A stretch of DNA of 64,000 nt from Massalongia carnosa (taxonomy: Eukaryota), in assembly GCA_965645245.1 (NCBI GenBank), contig OZ287075.1:620001-684000 (forward strand), in the 5' to 3' direction. Under the pieces are notes generated by a model. That model searched no databases. It had not been told where the DNA came from and saw only the letters and a program-made list of their open reading frames with translations. Numbering within the stretch: the first letter of the stretch is position 1; every line of letters begins with the position of its first letter. Shown in pieces: positions 51,241 through 64,000 of the stretch. The translations under genes and the position numbers were made by a program.

Positions 51241-53034
51241 GGTGCATCCTCCGGGATTTTGCCTTTGTAGAGAATTACTACCTACTCAACCATGCGGAAG
51301 CTGATTCGAAGGCTTCAGAGCGCACCTTTACAAATTGGTTAACAACTTCGTAAGAATATCAGAAGCAACCAACGCCTACCATGTCCACCAGCTAAGAAAA
51401 TTGAATCAGTATTAAGTTTCGTGAATATTTTGGCCGTCTCGGTTTGTTAGGCCATGATGACATAAACTTCAAGATGCGCAGCGCGTCGCTTAAGCTAGTG
51501 ATAGTACAGAGTAGTTAAGACTGTACAAGGTACACCACTGAGTACTCTACAAAGCAAGCCGAGACAGATGTTTCTCAGCGCAGAGAATGCTTGGGTAGAC
51601 AGCAGTACATACTACTTCTACTTCTGCGCGGTTTCATCCCCGACTCACCCCGAATATTGCGCAGGAGAGGTAGAGGATACACGCCTCCAAACTCCCCTTC
51701 TGCGAATAGAACGGAATCATACTCCCAATTTGAGGAAGAATTCCTGATGCCGAGTCTTGATACCGTCCACGTCAGTATCAAAGACAGCTTTCTGTCAGCT
51801 TTACTTTATCTTGAATGCCTGTTTTGCATCCCCAAATCATTGAAGCATTATTCGGAGCGGTCGATCGTAGGCTGTTAGAGGATAGGAGCAACAAACGTCA
51901 AACGCAGACCTCTGTAGGTACTTTCGCGTCTCACCTTCATAGTCTAGAAGTGTCCTTAGCGTGCAGAACCTATAGTGTCGGTAGAGCCAGCGCCACTCTG
52001 CCTCGCAATGGAGCAACTTGTTTCCTCTAAGCTCGGTGAGTATTAATGGCTACGCCAGCATACAGAGCATGATCTATCGATTGTAAAAAAACCATTTTGG
52101 TCGTGTGTTATTTATGCCAGAGAATTAATAGAAGCGGCCATTCAAAAGTCTCATGGTACTTCGTGGATCTAACGATTCTTAAAAGTTCAAAAGGGTGCTC
52201 CCACGAAGGGATCTATAACAGTTTTAATACTTTAGTACCGAGGCGAATCTTGTGCGAACGCTTGAATAATTGCACTGAAATGCAAAAGCTCAATTTGACA
52301 GGAGATGAGGAGTATTAAGTATGTCTGAGACAAGTAAGAGAGTTAGAAATATCAATGGACGGTGTGGCCCTGGCCTCCCCCTGAACTTGTTATAGATCAT
52401 GGCCCGGCTTTTCAGCATTAACACAGTCATAACAATACAACCATATCAGCTATCTATCCATATGGGGTTTTCTACAAGCTGATGTATCTACCGCATTCAA
52501 ATACATTCCCGTTTCCTGGTTTCGGATATTTCTATGAGGACCTTGGATGACGGCCGATGGATAACAATGGCCCATCCACGCGGGTGTCCTGTTCTCTGGA
52601 CCAATCTCAATGCGGTCTTACATTCCCATCCAGGGTCGTGTACTTGCGAAACATTAGCTAACCAACCAAAGTGCTTCGTTTCACCTCACGGTATGTGTAA
52701 ACCGTGTGTTCCAGGTTCGTTGTATCCTACACCGCAGATTTCCCCATGGTTCAACGCTGTAGCATCTTTGTGACATACAGGACGAGACATTCTTATAGGA
52801 CTTTGCTGAAGCCCTGGTTTCAATTCGCATGGCTGAGTGCACTATATAAAAGAGCTCATAATATGCGATTTCATAGCTATACGATCGTCTGTGTTTCTTG
52901 ATCTTTGGCAATTGAACTGGTTACGAGATTCTTTCCATCCTTCTGTCGTTCCTTGCGTTACATTGCTCTCAGTTTGTCCTCACGTCTGTACTGTATCGAT
53001 TTTGTAGCTTGCTTTTTTCGTGACTTCTAGTTAC

Positions 53035-53895
53035 ATGATTTTTCTTGCCCAGGCCTTGCCCGCAATTGCTCTTCAAATAAACAGCCGTCAAGATAAATCG
53101 GGCTTGAACAGTGCTCTGGACATGTGCGGGCCTATGGCTCGGTATTACAATCAGACTGCGACAGATTGGAACAGTTATAACGTCGACGACTGGCTGAATG
53201 GCTAGTGGAATATGCATTTAATGGACATGACGGCAGACACAGGCGGGTTTGCTGCAACTCTTGGTGAATGGGCAATGGGGAATTCAGATTGGACTTGTCG
53301 GGACGACGGATCGAAGAGCGACTGTGACTTCGATGCGTTTGCTACCGTTCAAAGACACAATCTCATCTAGGCTATTCACACAAATTTGGTGGCAAGTTAT
53401 CCTAATCCAGACTCCAGCCAAGAATGACATATTCCGCAAATCGCCAACTTGGGTGCTATTCTTGCCAACATCGTTGTGCAGGTAATAGGGTCGTTCACTG
53501 CCGCAAAAACCTCTTGATGCACGGAGATAACTACACAGGCATGGGCGACATTCGTTCTTACCTCGGGTGAGGTCTCTTCGTGAACTACAACGGCATCGAC
53601 AAGAAGGCAATCACCACTGCTATGAATAACCTGCTCACCGGGCAAGCCATCCACGTGCTATGGCGGCAGATGAAGGTGTTCATTATGGGGCGGGGGTGCT
53701 TGCGGGGACAACCAGGGCATTGGAAATGGCCCGCAGGATTATCAACTCTGCAAGGATAGGAAATCTTGGTATCTCTACAAATGGCACGAAAATAACGTGA
53801 TTTCCCTGACCTCGCATCGATGGGGATGGATGGATAAGCTCCTAGGAACCGACTAGCTGGGCCAGGGGGACTACGCTGGAGTCAGCGTATGGGTT
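53035..53895 (+). pseudogene. Degraded secreted Cys/Trp-rich protein gene
   Basis: Signal-like start, DWNSYNVDDWLNG*WN (TAG 53203), WAMGNSDWTCRDDGSKSDCD, later YQLCKDRKSWYLYKWHE..WGW..LLGTD*LG; frameshifts and stops. Confidence 0.5.
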
Positions 53896-56800
53896 AACCC
53901 CCCTCCTTTCACGCGCTTACCCCTTACCTACCTACAGAACTCACGGGAAACCCACCCCCCCTCCTGGAGACTTTGCCAAGACGGGGGGAGTTCGTCGTCG
54001 CGGCTGATATGGGGAATTTTCAAGAAGCCCCAAGCAGTCTTTTTTTCTCTCTGGGCCCGGGCTAGTGATGTTGTGTTTGGGGGGGAAAACCCAGAGCGGA
54101 GTGGGAGTGGTGGTGGTGGTGGTGGTGTGCGACTTCTGGAAAGTTTGTTTTGTTTTGAGCGTTTTCTGTTTGTTTGCTCTTGATACCCATGGGCTCGATC
54201 GATATTATCGTTCTATTGCGCCTATGTGTTTTTGGTGGAGAGGTAATCTAATTTTTTCCGGGGAAAAAGAAAAGGGGGGGAGGATCTGTGGCTTTTTTAT
54301 CTATTCGTTCGTTCGTTCAGCATATATATCTACCCTATCTATCCACCTAATAAAGTAACTCCGTAACTCTCTCGTGCGTGGTCCACGTTTCACGGTTTTG
54401 TGGATGACATTGGCACTGGCATTAGCATGAATACAGCAGTACTTGGTAGGATGTTTCTTTGGGTGGGTGGCGGAGGCCATTGAAGCATTTATTTATCCCT
54501 CGGGAAGAATGGTTGTAGATACCTACCTACCTACCTACCTGCGGAGTACGAAAATCGCATTTTTTCAAAAAATTCACGGAGCCAAAGAAAAACGGGAGGG
54601 GATCGATCAATAGGTAGGTAGATCACGGTATGAACAAACTTCTAGAACCCGTTTCTCTCTCTCTCCCCACGCAATCCTAGCAGGTATTCCAAACACAATA
54701 CCTTGATGTGATCACAAAGGCTAGCCCATGGGACGATGATTAGAATCTTCTCTGCAATGTACCTGATGATGATATATGGCTAGTGGTTTTTTGGGGGGGG
54801 GGGGGGGGGGCCAGCGAGAGCGAGCAGTTGTTCATTCCATTCTCGTGGATAAGTTACGTGCGGTTGATCCGACTATGTATTACGGGTGTTGGAAGCGGAT
54901 CAGTCGTTTTGGGGCTGAAGAGCCAATGTGATCGGTGGATTTAGGTGGGCAGGGCCGCTTCACTGGCGCATTGCTGCTTGAATTGCGTTGGTGCTTGTTT
55001 TGAGGGTTGACAGTCTGATCTAAAGAGTCCGATCCCAAGATTTTGCGAGAATGTTTGTCTTGAGCATGTCAAGTTTTCATCGATCTGGAATAGGTTCAAC
55101 TCCAGCAATAAGGATGATAAACTCTTATCGTGCGCAAAGCTTGTTTGGGCTTTGGTTGTACTGCCTTGGAGGCAGCGGGATGCAATGTCATTCAGATCGT
55201 CTGGATACAGTTAAGTCTGAGATCAGCAGTACGTTTGAGGTTCCTGATCCCCAAGAACACTAGATGTGTAGGAGCAGTACCTTTGGTTGGAAGGGACGCG
55301 GTGATTCCCCTGATGGAGTATCTAGCCTTATCTTCTCAACGTAGGATTTCTAGAATCCGGAGAAGATTCCCTTAGAGACAAAAAAGCATCAATTTGTTAT
55401 TGAGGCCCAAGGCGCTTGCTGTAGCACACATCTCAGGAACGAAAATAGGCCTTGGTTACTTCACTTGATCTTCCCAGCCAGTTGATCTTTTGTATTCCTA
55501 ACAGAATAGCTATTCATATTACATTAGGTTTGCCAGCTTCTTTGCAAGGGTTGAGAATCATTCTCGAAGATCGGAGCAGCGCATTCAGTTTGGTATCGTT
55601 TTATTCTCGGCAAGGTTCTTTAAAAGACCTTTCTTTTACCAAGCTTCATTGGGCGGTGTGGTAAAAGTAAAGAGAAGGGAAAAAAGCCCCTTGATCTAGC
55701 TTATGGCAACAAATCTTCAAAGATAAGTCTGTCTTGCATTGCTGACCGAGATAAAGTTTGCTCAAAGATCTTCCATACTGCGGAAGGTAAAATATGCACT
55801 GGAACTCAACATAAGTCTAGCTAAGGCAGAGAGACGGTGGGAAGAGTCTGGCTGCGGATGTAGTCTAGCCTTCATTTCATGTTTGATCATCCGGTTGCGA
55901 TAAAGCCACGGCTTGGACTTTCGCGATCCGAGGGCCTTCTGTAAACTATACTCAAAGAGATCGCGAGAAACATGCAACGCCATGTGCCTTCGCAATCTAG
56001 AAAACTTAGATAATCTTTGATGATTTAGTCAACAGGAAATCGAGATCGCGGAGATGAAACGCATGTGACTATAGAGACACCATTGCAGGGCTAAGAAAGG
56101 AAAATCAATTCTTCTTTTACTCATGGTGTGATTAGCTCCATCCGAAGGGAAATGGGGTTGTTCGCGGACGTATCAGGCAGCACTGGATGACAGAAGAAGC
56201 CTCACAAGGAAAACTCTAGCACTTCTAGGGTATCCAGAACCTAAAACTCACGCACCGCTCAACACCTTGAAGCGGTTGTGCGTCATCCTGCGGAGCAAAG
56301 TCCGGACTCTTTTGGGTTCCGTGAAGACGAATCTATTCCGAGAGGCTACTGCACAGTTCGTAAACCCGACGCCCTTAGCGCTTGATGTGTTGAAAACATA
56401 CGAGCCGCGAGACTTTTTCAAAGGCCTGAAATCTCCGAGTCCTTAATGTTTAATTGACAGGATGCTCACTTCGTCCCGATCAAATTTCTCAGGCGTTTGA
56501 GTCATTATCTGGCGAGATTTCTCAGCATCAGCTATCAGGCTTATCGCTCATTCTCGATCCAAATAGCTTCCATGTCTCATCGTCGTAGCCTGGACGGGCA
56601 TTACTTGGCCTATTTGTGGTTCATGGCGGCATAGATGAGAGACATCGGGTCGCTCAAGGTTTATATTTGGTGTATTCCTATCACCAAGGCCATTCCGAAT
56701 GAGGATGAGGCTGACGCGTCAGAAACTGTATTCATTCTAGCAGACTTCTGGTGGAATTTTTTGAGTTTCCCCCGAAAGACTTGCTTTTAATCCGCACAAA

Positions 56801-57450
56801 CGCGTTTCCCGGTAGGGGCAACATATTGTAGGCAGAGCTATGGCGCAATCGAAGACGATGCAGAACGTTGATCTGTAGCTGCATCTACTGTCAGACGAGA
56901 CAGCCCATTTATTCTCTTTTCGTCCAAGTCAACGTTACGATAAACTCAAAGTTCGGTGCTGCGTACCTCTCCGCCTTTCCTCCCATGCAGCGCTTCTAGT
57001 CATCTTTCCCAGCACTGGTGCTATGCAGGTTTATACGGCTTGACGCTAACCACGCATTGCTTTTCCTTTTATCGCGCCAAAGGTGTACAGAATACGGAGT
57101 AAATACATCAACATGCAAAGGTCCAAAGGTTGAGTCGAACGGGTTTATCGTGATTGATAAGAGTTTGGGCACGTCAAAGATTCAACTCTCCAATCAAATC
57201 GTACCGACTATAATGACTCGCTCACCCAGGGTATCACGGTCCAAGTGCGACGAGTGGTTTGACTCGTGTGCAACTCGTCACTAGCAAGGATCTCGTATCG
57301 CAGAGTATGGGGCACCATAACACTCCAGATGAGGTACCTCGGTACGGAGTACAGAGTAGCAGGGTCGATGGTTGCATGTTACGAGGTGATTCGGGTATAC
57401 CTTCCCTTCCGGGGCGGACGGTTTTCATCACGTGCATATGCCACATGATG

Positions 57451-57543
57451 GGTACTCTGTACTGGATACTGTGTAACTACTGAATACTGGGTACTGGATA
57501 CTGGCGTGACTGGGTACTGGATACTGGGTACTGGGTACTGGGT
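57451..57543. repeat. Degenerate heptamer tandem array (TACTGGR)n
   Basis: About 12 imperfect TACTGGG/TACTGGA units. Confidence 0.8.
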
Positions 57544-60500
57544 CCTAGGTAGTCTGTATCGTTCGGCAAAGGTTGTGTAATGGTATGGAAGGGGCGGGAT
57601 GGTATTGATTGGAAGCTCGGTTTGGACCGTCTGTAAGTACTAGTACAGAGCAGTCTGTACCAAGTCCAATCCACGAAACTAAACGTAATAACGACCTACA
57701 AGCACGTGTTGGACTTTAGGTAGGGAGCGAAGATTGCGCGAAGATCAGTGAACCCTCAGAAAACGGGTTGCCTCATCCAACAGATTATGCAATTGCTACC
57801 CACCACGAAAGCACGAAGTTCAGTGACGCCCGATCAGGGTTGGGGAAAGCTTGACAGGGTAAGCCCGACGCATCATGTTCCTCCCTTCACATGCCTGCGC
57901 GCCTCAACCCGTTTTTTCTCCCCATGTACCGAGTACCCTGTGGCTAACTCGTCCGTGGCGTCACGGAGATTTGCCGTGGGAGTTCCCCTTTTGTCACGAA
58001 GACCAATGCACACGAGGTGCATCATCGGTATCATCAGCCAGAATGACCGCCTATCACGCTGCCGAGTACTTTACACTCCGTATTCTGTACCGAGTACGTC
58101 CCAAGTGATGGAGCGGTCAGTCACAAAGGAGATTGGTGCTTGCGCGTGTGCTTGCCCGAATGGGATGAAAGGAACAGGAGCCGGAAAACCGGCAGTTGCT
58201 GAAAGGCATTGCCCTTCTCTCTAGCCCTCTCCTCACTGTTCGCTCTCCAACTTCCTCGCCCCATCAAGGACATACTCGCGTGAAGCGTGCACGAAACAAC
58301 CAAATACACAAACCTTCTCTGCGGGATCGAGATCGTAGGTTTATCGCATGACCCGCACTCTCTCTACTCTACACAGAGTACCGAGCATGCTTCGAATATA
58401 GTAAAATCAGTAAAATGCAACAGCCACTCCCAACACTTACCCGTTGAATAAAATGAATTATGTGTCTGTGCATGACGATGAGGCGGGCTCATTGAAGATC
58501 CAGTGAACATGCAGGCCCGAGTGGACCGATTGGCGCTAATCCGTCTAAGGAATGATCCAGAAGTCAGTTTTCCCATCCCTACCAATCCGACGCCGCCTTC
58601 GATTGTAGCCTCATTTTCTCTGCGAGGCCATTGCACCAAAGGATTGCTATGTCCAAGATCGGAATAGATCGGCATGTTGTCGTTCCACGATATCTTGGGC
58701 GTTTAGGTTTGAGGATTCAGCAACTCCATGGCGGGCCCTTCAAACTCTGATGATTCTGATGATCTCTTCAAGACTAGCGTGGAGGAGCGAACACGCACAA
58801 CTCTTGGTCTGACTCGTGATTGGCTGCTGCTGGTGGAGCAGACTAACAGGTGGTGGGGGGGCGCCTGGAGGAACTAAAACCTTTCCGCTTTTAACATCCG
58901 CCAATGAAACTGGCCGTTCGGAGTCCAGATTTACTCCGTCGTCGTAATTGTCAGTTGAATGCTAGATTGACGCTAACCGTAAGCCATCTATCTAGCGAAA
59001 GAACACCCAAACCATCCAAGAGGCCAGAAAGGCCAAGAGGCCAGGAGGCCAGAGAATAATCAACTCACCTGACTCATTCTCTGGAGTGGGAGGCTAATCG
59101 AAATATGGCAATATCATTTAGAATGCAGGGCCGTAACATACTCCTTCGAGTACTCTAGACTCTATACAGTACAGAATATACACAGAGAACGGAGGAGTAA
59201 GTTGTCCCACTCTTTTTGCTTCTCACCATACGCAGTTAATTAAGCACTGGTTTTTAGAATACCATCAAATCCATTCCATTCAGCCTGGTCAACCTAAAAA
59301 GAAACCCACTCCGATGCTAAATGCCGCACTTCTTCAAACCATATGGATTAAGGCTCTTGTCGGCTCTCTCGTAGGCTTTTGCAATAAGAAAAAGTGAGAA
59401 AGGAGGTTCAGCCTTCTGATCAGTCTTCATTCCAGAGTCCTCGCAAGAATACTTACAATAACGACTCTGACACGAGATATCATTGGTCACCGGTGGGTCG
59501 AAATTCTCGATCAAGCGTTGGCCAGCATTCTGACCTGCGTGGATCAAAAAGTCTTCATTCGTAGCTTCGGGGTAGTAGAACGGATGACGCCAAATGTCCC
59601 ATTTGCTGGTGTAATGCTGCGCGAAGGCAGTCTGCACTGACTCGCAAATCAGGCAATGCCACAAAGGCATAGCAATGCACGCTTGACGTAGTGGGTGGTC
59701 TTGCACCACGGCGCATCGCATCGGCATGCAACACGGCGCAGGGCGTTAGGTGGCCAATTACCTACCTTTTGTAGCCCCTGATACCAATCAGAACTGTTGC
59801 GTTCCAAGGTGGAAAGGCCGGTGGTCTCTGCTGCTGCCTAGTGCTGACGGGAAAAGGAAGTCCCTTGAAAAACCTAGGAGGGATGCGATTAACTGTCAAC
59901 TCCGGAGAGTTATCTTCGAAAAATGGGATGGTATCACCCTCCAAGCACCCGAGGGACGCAACGGGGGTGTGTCATTCGTCTCCCAGCGCCACCAGTGAGT
60001 GGCCCGCTATCCTCATCCATCGCGCTGCCTTGTCACCATCATCTGCCAGCCGTCCGTTTGAGGTGCAGCTACAGATCATAAGTGATCCAATCCGCGTTCC
60101 TCTTGCTACTGCATCCAAGGCCAGTTTCGAGTCACAACCGGGCGGTATTCTGGACTCTGAACAAGGATAAACAGGAAGAGGGCCAGACACATCCTTAGCT
60201 ATCACGTCCGGTCATCTGATTCGCTCGTATCGGAATTGACTCGTCGCCGCTTTTTCCCCCATGTTCCTTCTTCCTTGCTCGCTAAGACCCTCCTGACCCC
60301 TTATCCTCGTCAGCCAGTCCGCGCACGAACACTTTACCGCAGCCCTTCGGATGACCCTAGTGCGCGGACAGCGACGAGGGCTTTCTGTTCATTACTTTTG
60401 TGCCTCTGTATACCTATTTTATCCTCGCCAAGTGTGGCATCCTGATATGTTACCAACCTTTTTTAGTGGGTAATTATAGGCCTACCGCCCCAGCCCTTTG

Positions 60501-61140
60501 ATCGCTTACGCCAAAAGTACCTGTGTCGATATCCTCCATTTCCGGAGACTTGTCACGCCTCTAGAGAGCAGCTAATCCTTGTATCCATACAACGTCGTAG
60601 TCCGGAATTATGCTCACGTACCCTTGGCGCCATCCTTCCCTCATTCTTAGCCTCTTTTCTCTCCTTTAGTCTACTCGCCTTCGTAGCCCTGTGAAATTCA
60701 TCTAGGGTCTGATTCATCGTATCAGAGATCCAGGATGCGTGGGTGTGCATCCACGGCTATCGATGCAAACATCATACGCTCGTCGCCCATCCGCTACCAA
60801 CCACTGCGCGACTCCATCATTAAAGCCATTCACTCTTCGCACGGGCGTATTCACCTTGACTCTTACAAAGCCTTATTCCTTTACTTCCACCTCCACCTCC
60901 ATCTTCACCTTCACCTCCATCTTAACCACCATCGCCTCTCAGCCCTCTTGGACCTGGCGCCCTACTGCTCTCACTTCTCTAACGTCCCTTCCACTCTCGA
61001 GGCGAATTCTTGGGGTTCTACCGGAGAGCCATAAGATCTATTTAGTATCCTCGGAGAGTCGAATCCAATCTGGCGCTTGCGAGATAACGAAGACTTTTCT
61101 TTTTTCCTTCCTGCTTGATCGTTGATCTCGTCTCACTGTC

Positions 61141-62484
61141 ATGTTGCCGACACCTTCGCCATCACCCCCGCTGAATAGAATCTGTTCCCCAGAAGACCGA
61201 TTGGGCCTTGTTCTTGCGGACCGTTTAAAATTAACCGGCATCCTTGGAGTAGGAGCGTACGGTGTGGTCTACACTGCTGTTGATATACATACCAGGGATC
61301 GCTATGCAGTCAAGGCCTTGAACAAAATTGGATTGGATCAGAGGCAGCGGCGATTCCAGCAGCGAGAGATTCAACTTCATCATGAGGCGAGCCATCATCC
61401 CAACGTGGTCTCCTTGATCAAGATTATGGATTCATACAACTGCACATATGTGGTTCTCGAGTTTTGCCCTGAAGGTGACTTATTCTCAAGCATCACGGAA
61501 AGCGGCCACTATTTGGGAAACGACTTCATGGTCAAGCGAGCCTTTCTTCAAATATTGGATGCTGTTGGTTTTTGTCATTCTTTGGGAATTTATCATCGAG
61601 ATTTGAAGCCAGAGAACATATTGGTCACTGATGGAGGCCTAACTGTAAAGCTCGCTGATTTTGGATTGGCCACTCGAGATTATGTTACATCAGATTTTGG
61701 CTGCGGTTCAACGTTCTATATGTCACCAGGTAGGATTGTGTGTCGCGAAAAACCCATCCAAGCATTGAACTAACTGTTCGGGTCAGAGTGTCAACAAACG
61801 CCTTCGAGTGCTCCTTGCTATAGTTCTGGCCCCAATGATGTATGGAGCCTAGGTATCATCCTGGTGAATCTTACCTGTGGGAGAAATCCGTGGAAACGTG
61901 CTTCCATTGAAGACTCGACGTTCCGGGCATACCTCAAGAATCCCAAATTCCTTAGTTCCATTCTTCCTTTGTCTCCAGAACTTGATTCAATTCTGAGACG
62001 AATATTTGAGTGTGACCCGAGGAGAAGAATAAACATACCCGAGCTTAGGAGTCGGATCCTCAGGTGCCCCAGGTTCACCACTCGCTCCGCTGTTTCCCCA
62101 CCAATCCCTGAGCCTGAGGTACAGGATGCTCAGAACTCCAAGTTAGAAAACATCCCCGATTCCATCAATCCTTTCTATCTATACCCGACGGTACCATTTT
62201 ATCCGGTTCCTCCTCCCATTCATACGATAACCGCACAGTACTCGCAACTTACAATTTCTTCGACCGGATCATCAGTGTCAGACGATGGTTCCGTTTACTC
62301 GACGTCGTCGAGTTGCTCATCAACGTCTTCTACCGCGAACGTGAACAACATCTCCAGACCACAGGGATCTATATATATACCACCGAAACCGCAACTCAAT
62401 TACTACGGCACATTCATGCCTTTGGATCCGACTCCTAAAGATTTAGTTCCTGAACAGTTTTTTCATTCTGTCCAAGTTTGTTAG
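61141..62484 (+). CDS. RAN1: Ran1/Pat1-family Ser/Thr kinase (Sks1/Vhs1-like)
   Basis: LGVGAYGVVY, AVKAL, YHRDLKPEN, ADFGLA, FGCGSTFYMSPE (intron 61730-61786), NDVWSLG..LVNLTCGRNPWKRAS. Confidence 0.93.
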
Positions 62485-64000
62485 TTTTGTTGCACAAGGT
62501 CACCTTCAAGTCACGACAAACCCAGGGGATTGTCGATTACATTCATGTATTTATGATGATGATAATAATTATGAAGGGGTGACACGCTTTGTTGTACCTT
62601 TCTCCCTGGAAAGGCGCCATAGAAGGTCCGGAGTCTGCTATTAGGTAATATTTGAAGTTCATCAATAAATGGTGGGAGAGGATTTATGCTACGGGATAGC
62701 CATGGGTGTCGCGGTCCTAAAGCCGAAAAAGAGTACCGGGCGCCAGAATGTCCTGATTCGATTCCCTGGACTTGATCATCCATACGTTTTGAATGTCGCT
62801 TGTGCTAGTTTCTTTGTTACATGGTTCTTAGATAGATGATTCAAGGCATGACAAGGCGTCTGACATTAGGATACGGTTGTGGTGGGAGGTTGTTTTTCTT
62901 CATTTTACGACATGCGAATACTCAAAGGGCACGGGATGGGTTTTTTCGGTGGTTAATGCATGGTGGAAGTCCGATCTGTCACAATTCTACAACTGGCGGA
63001 GGTCTGATCCAATTTCCTCGGTTTTGCACAGAATACGTGAGCTTGGAATCCATACCAACGCTCGACCATGTACAACAAGACGGTTGCACCGACCAAAGAA
63101 TTAGGCGGTCACCATCACTCCATATTGTCACGGCGGGTTTCCCCGGAAGTGGTCATCGTCTAGATAATAGGTTGAGGATCATGCTTTTCATCCCTTTTTA
63201 CCATCGTGATTGCTGCATGAACATTGTTGATCATTTTGGGCCTGCCACGGGGAATGATCTTGCCCAGCAGATCTTGCCTTTCTGTTGTCCCCGGCAATGA
63301 AGGAACCCTGAGAGTTGATGGGTGATAGATATGCCCACGTATGATCCGGCGCAAAGGAAAGCCCTCCTATCCATATCACCTGATTGCGGCCATGCTTTTG
63401 CTAGATTCGCCTTGTACTTGATTGGATGCCCTGCAAACTCATTTCCTTGCCATAGACGATCACCATGTTCAATCACCCTGATCGACACCTCAGCGAAACG
63501 TCGGGCGACGAAAGAACACCACATGAGTAAGCGAGGCGTTGTCTATCGTGCATATCATACGCCAGGTGGAGCTTAACTTCATCCTTATCCCACGTCGAGG
63601 AGGTGCCCCGTGCACTCGCTCTCTGTCGCACAAGAAACCACAGGGCTCATCATTTGCTCGATGTGGCCCTTCCGACGATGTGTGCTTTCCTTCCCCTCTA
63701 GCCCCCAGCGTTCGCCCTGCCTTGGCAGATTTGCTTCGCCCTGTTTTCTTTTCTGGCGCCAAAGTGCATTTTCCCCGGGAAGAAGTAAATCGTTCCGAGG
63801 GACCTTTAAGGGCACTTACATGGAAAGGGTGAGAAGCTGAGCGACAAACTCAGTCACATATTCACCGTTTTTCGCACCAGGCAGGAGGGGGAAGTTACAG
63901 GACACTTGATTTGGTCTAAATCAGCGGCTTGCGCGCGCTGTTGTCGGCGAGAATTATGTGTTTTCCTTTGAGCTATTATTGAATTGCCATGATGCGTCAT

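Noticed and set aside
55200..56700. CTAG-rich stretch as a RIP-degraded gene or TE relic
   Set aside because: No protein motif or terminal repeat could be recognised by eye; needs BLASTx.
57451..57543. Repeat array as CRISPR-like or telomeric
   Set aside because: Contiguous heptamers with no spacers, eukaryotic context, and the unit is not TTAGGG.
63828..63930. TPP riboswitch-like words (GCTGAG...CTTGATTTGGTCTAAATCAGCG)
   Set aside because: Lacks the CUGAGA and GAUAAUACCAGCG consensus and spacing, and no thiamine gene is adjacent; a simple hairpin explains it.

Overview
Eukaryotic DNA from a filamentous ascomycete (Pezizomycotina), judged from short GT-AG introns with CTAAC/CTGAC branch points and fungal gene families. 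About 19 host genes are present: gamma-glutamyltranspeptidase, a GT71 mannosyltransferase, a sugar porter, mitochondrial mL40, RHO2, NST1, a DUF1749 hydrolase, TRAPPC12-like, a Rum1/Sic1-like CDK inhibitor, DUO1, VPS35, PAQR/IZH, DPM1, a Ran1/Pat1-like kinase and several uncharacterised membrane or secreted proteins. There are four transposon loci: a decayed MULE at 1-3.0 kb; a TA-flanked Tc1-type unit carrying two head-to-head transposases at 12.3-15.7 kb; an intact Fot1/pogo element at 17.8-19.7 kb; and a MITE-like element invaded by both a Tc1 and a 5'-truncated LINE at 39.5-42.9 kb. The most notable unannotated signals are non-coding. A structured ~1.6 kb gap with no recognisable gene at 46.3-47.9 kb has a CTAACCCT template, a template-boundary helix, a pseudoknot and an enclosing helix, as expected for the telomerase RNA gene. 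A candidate intronic C/D-type RNA at 49.1 kb has several complements to the rRNA peptidyl-transferase centre. All calls come from manual reading and motif recognition; no searches were run.
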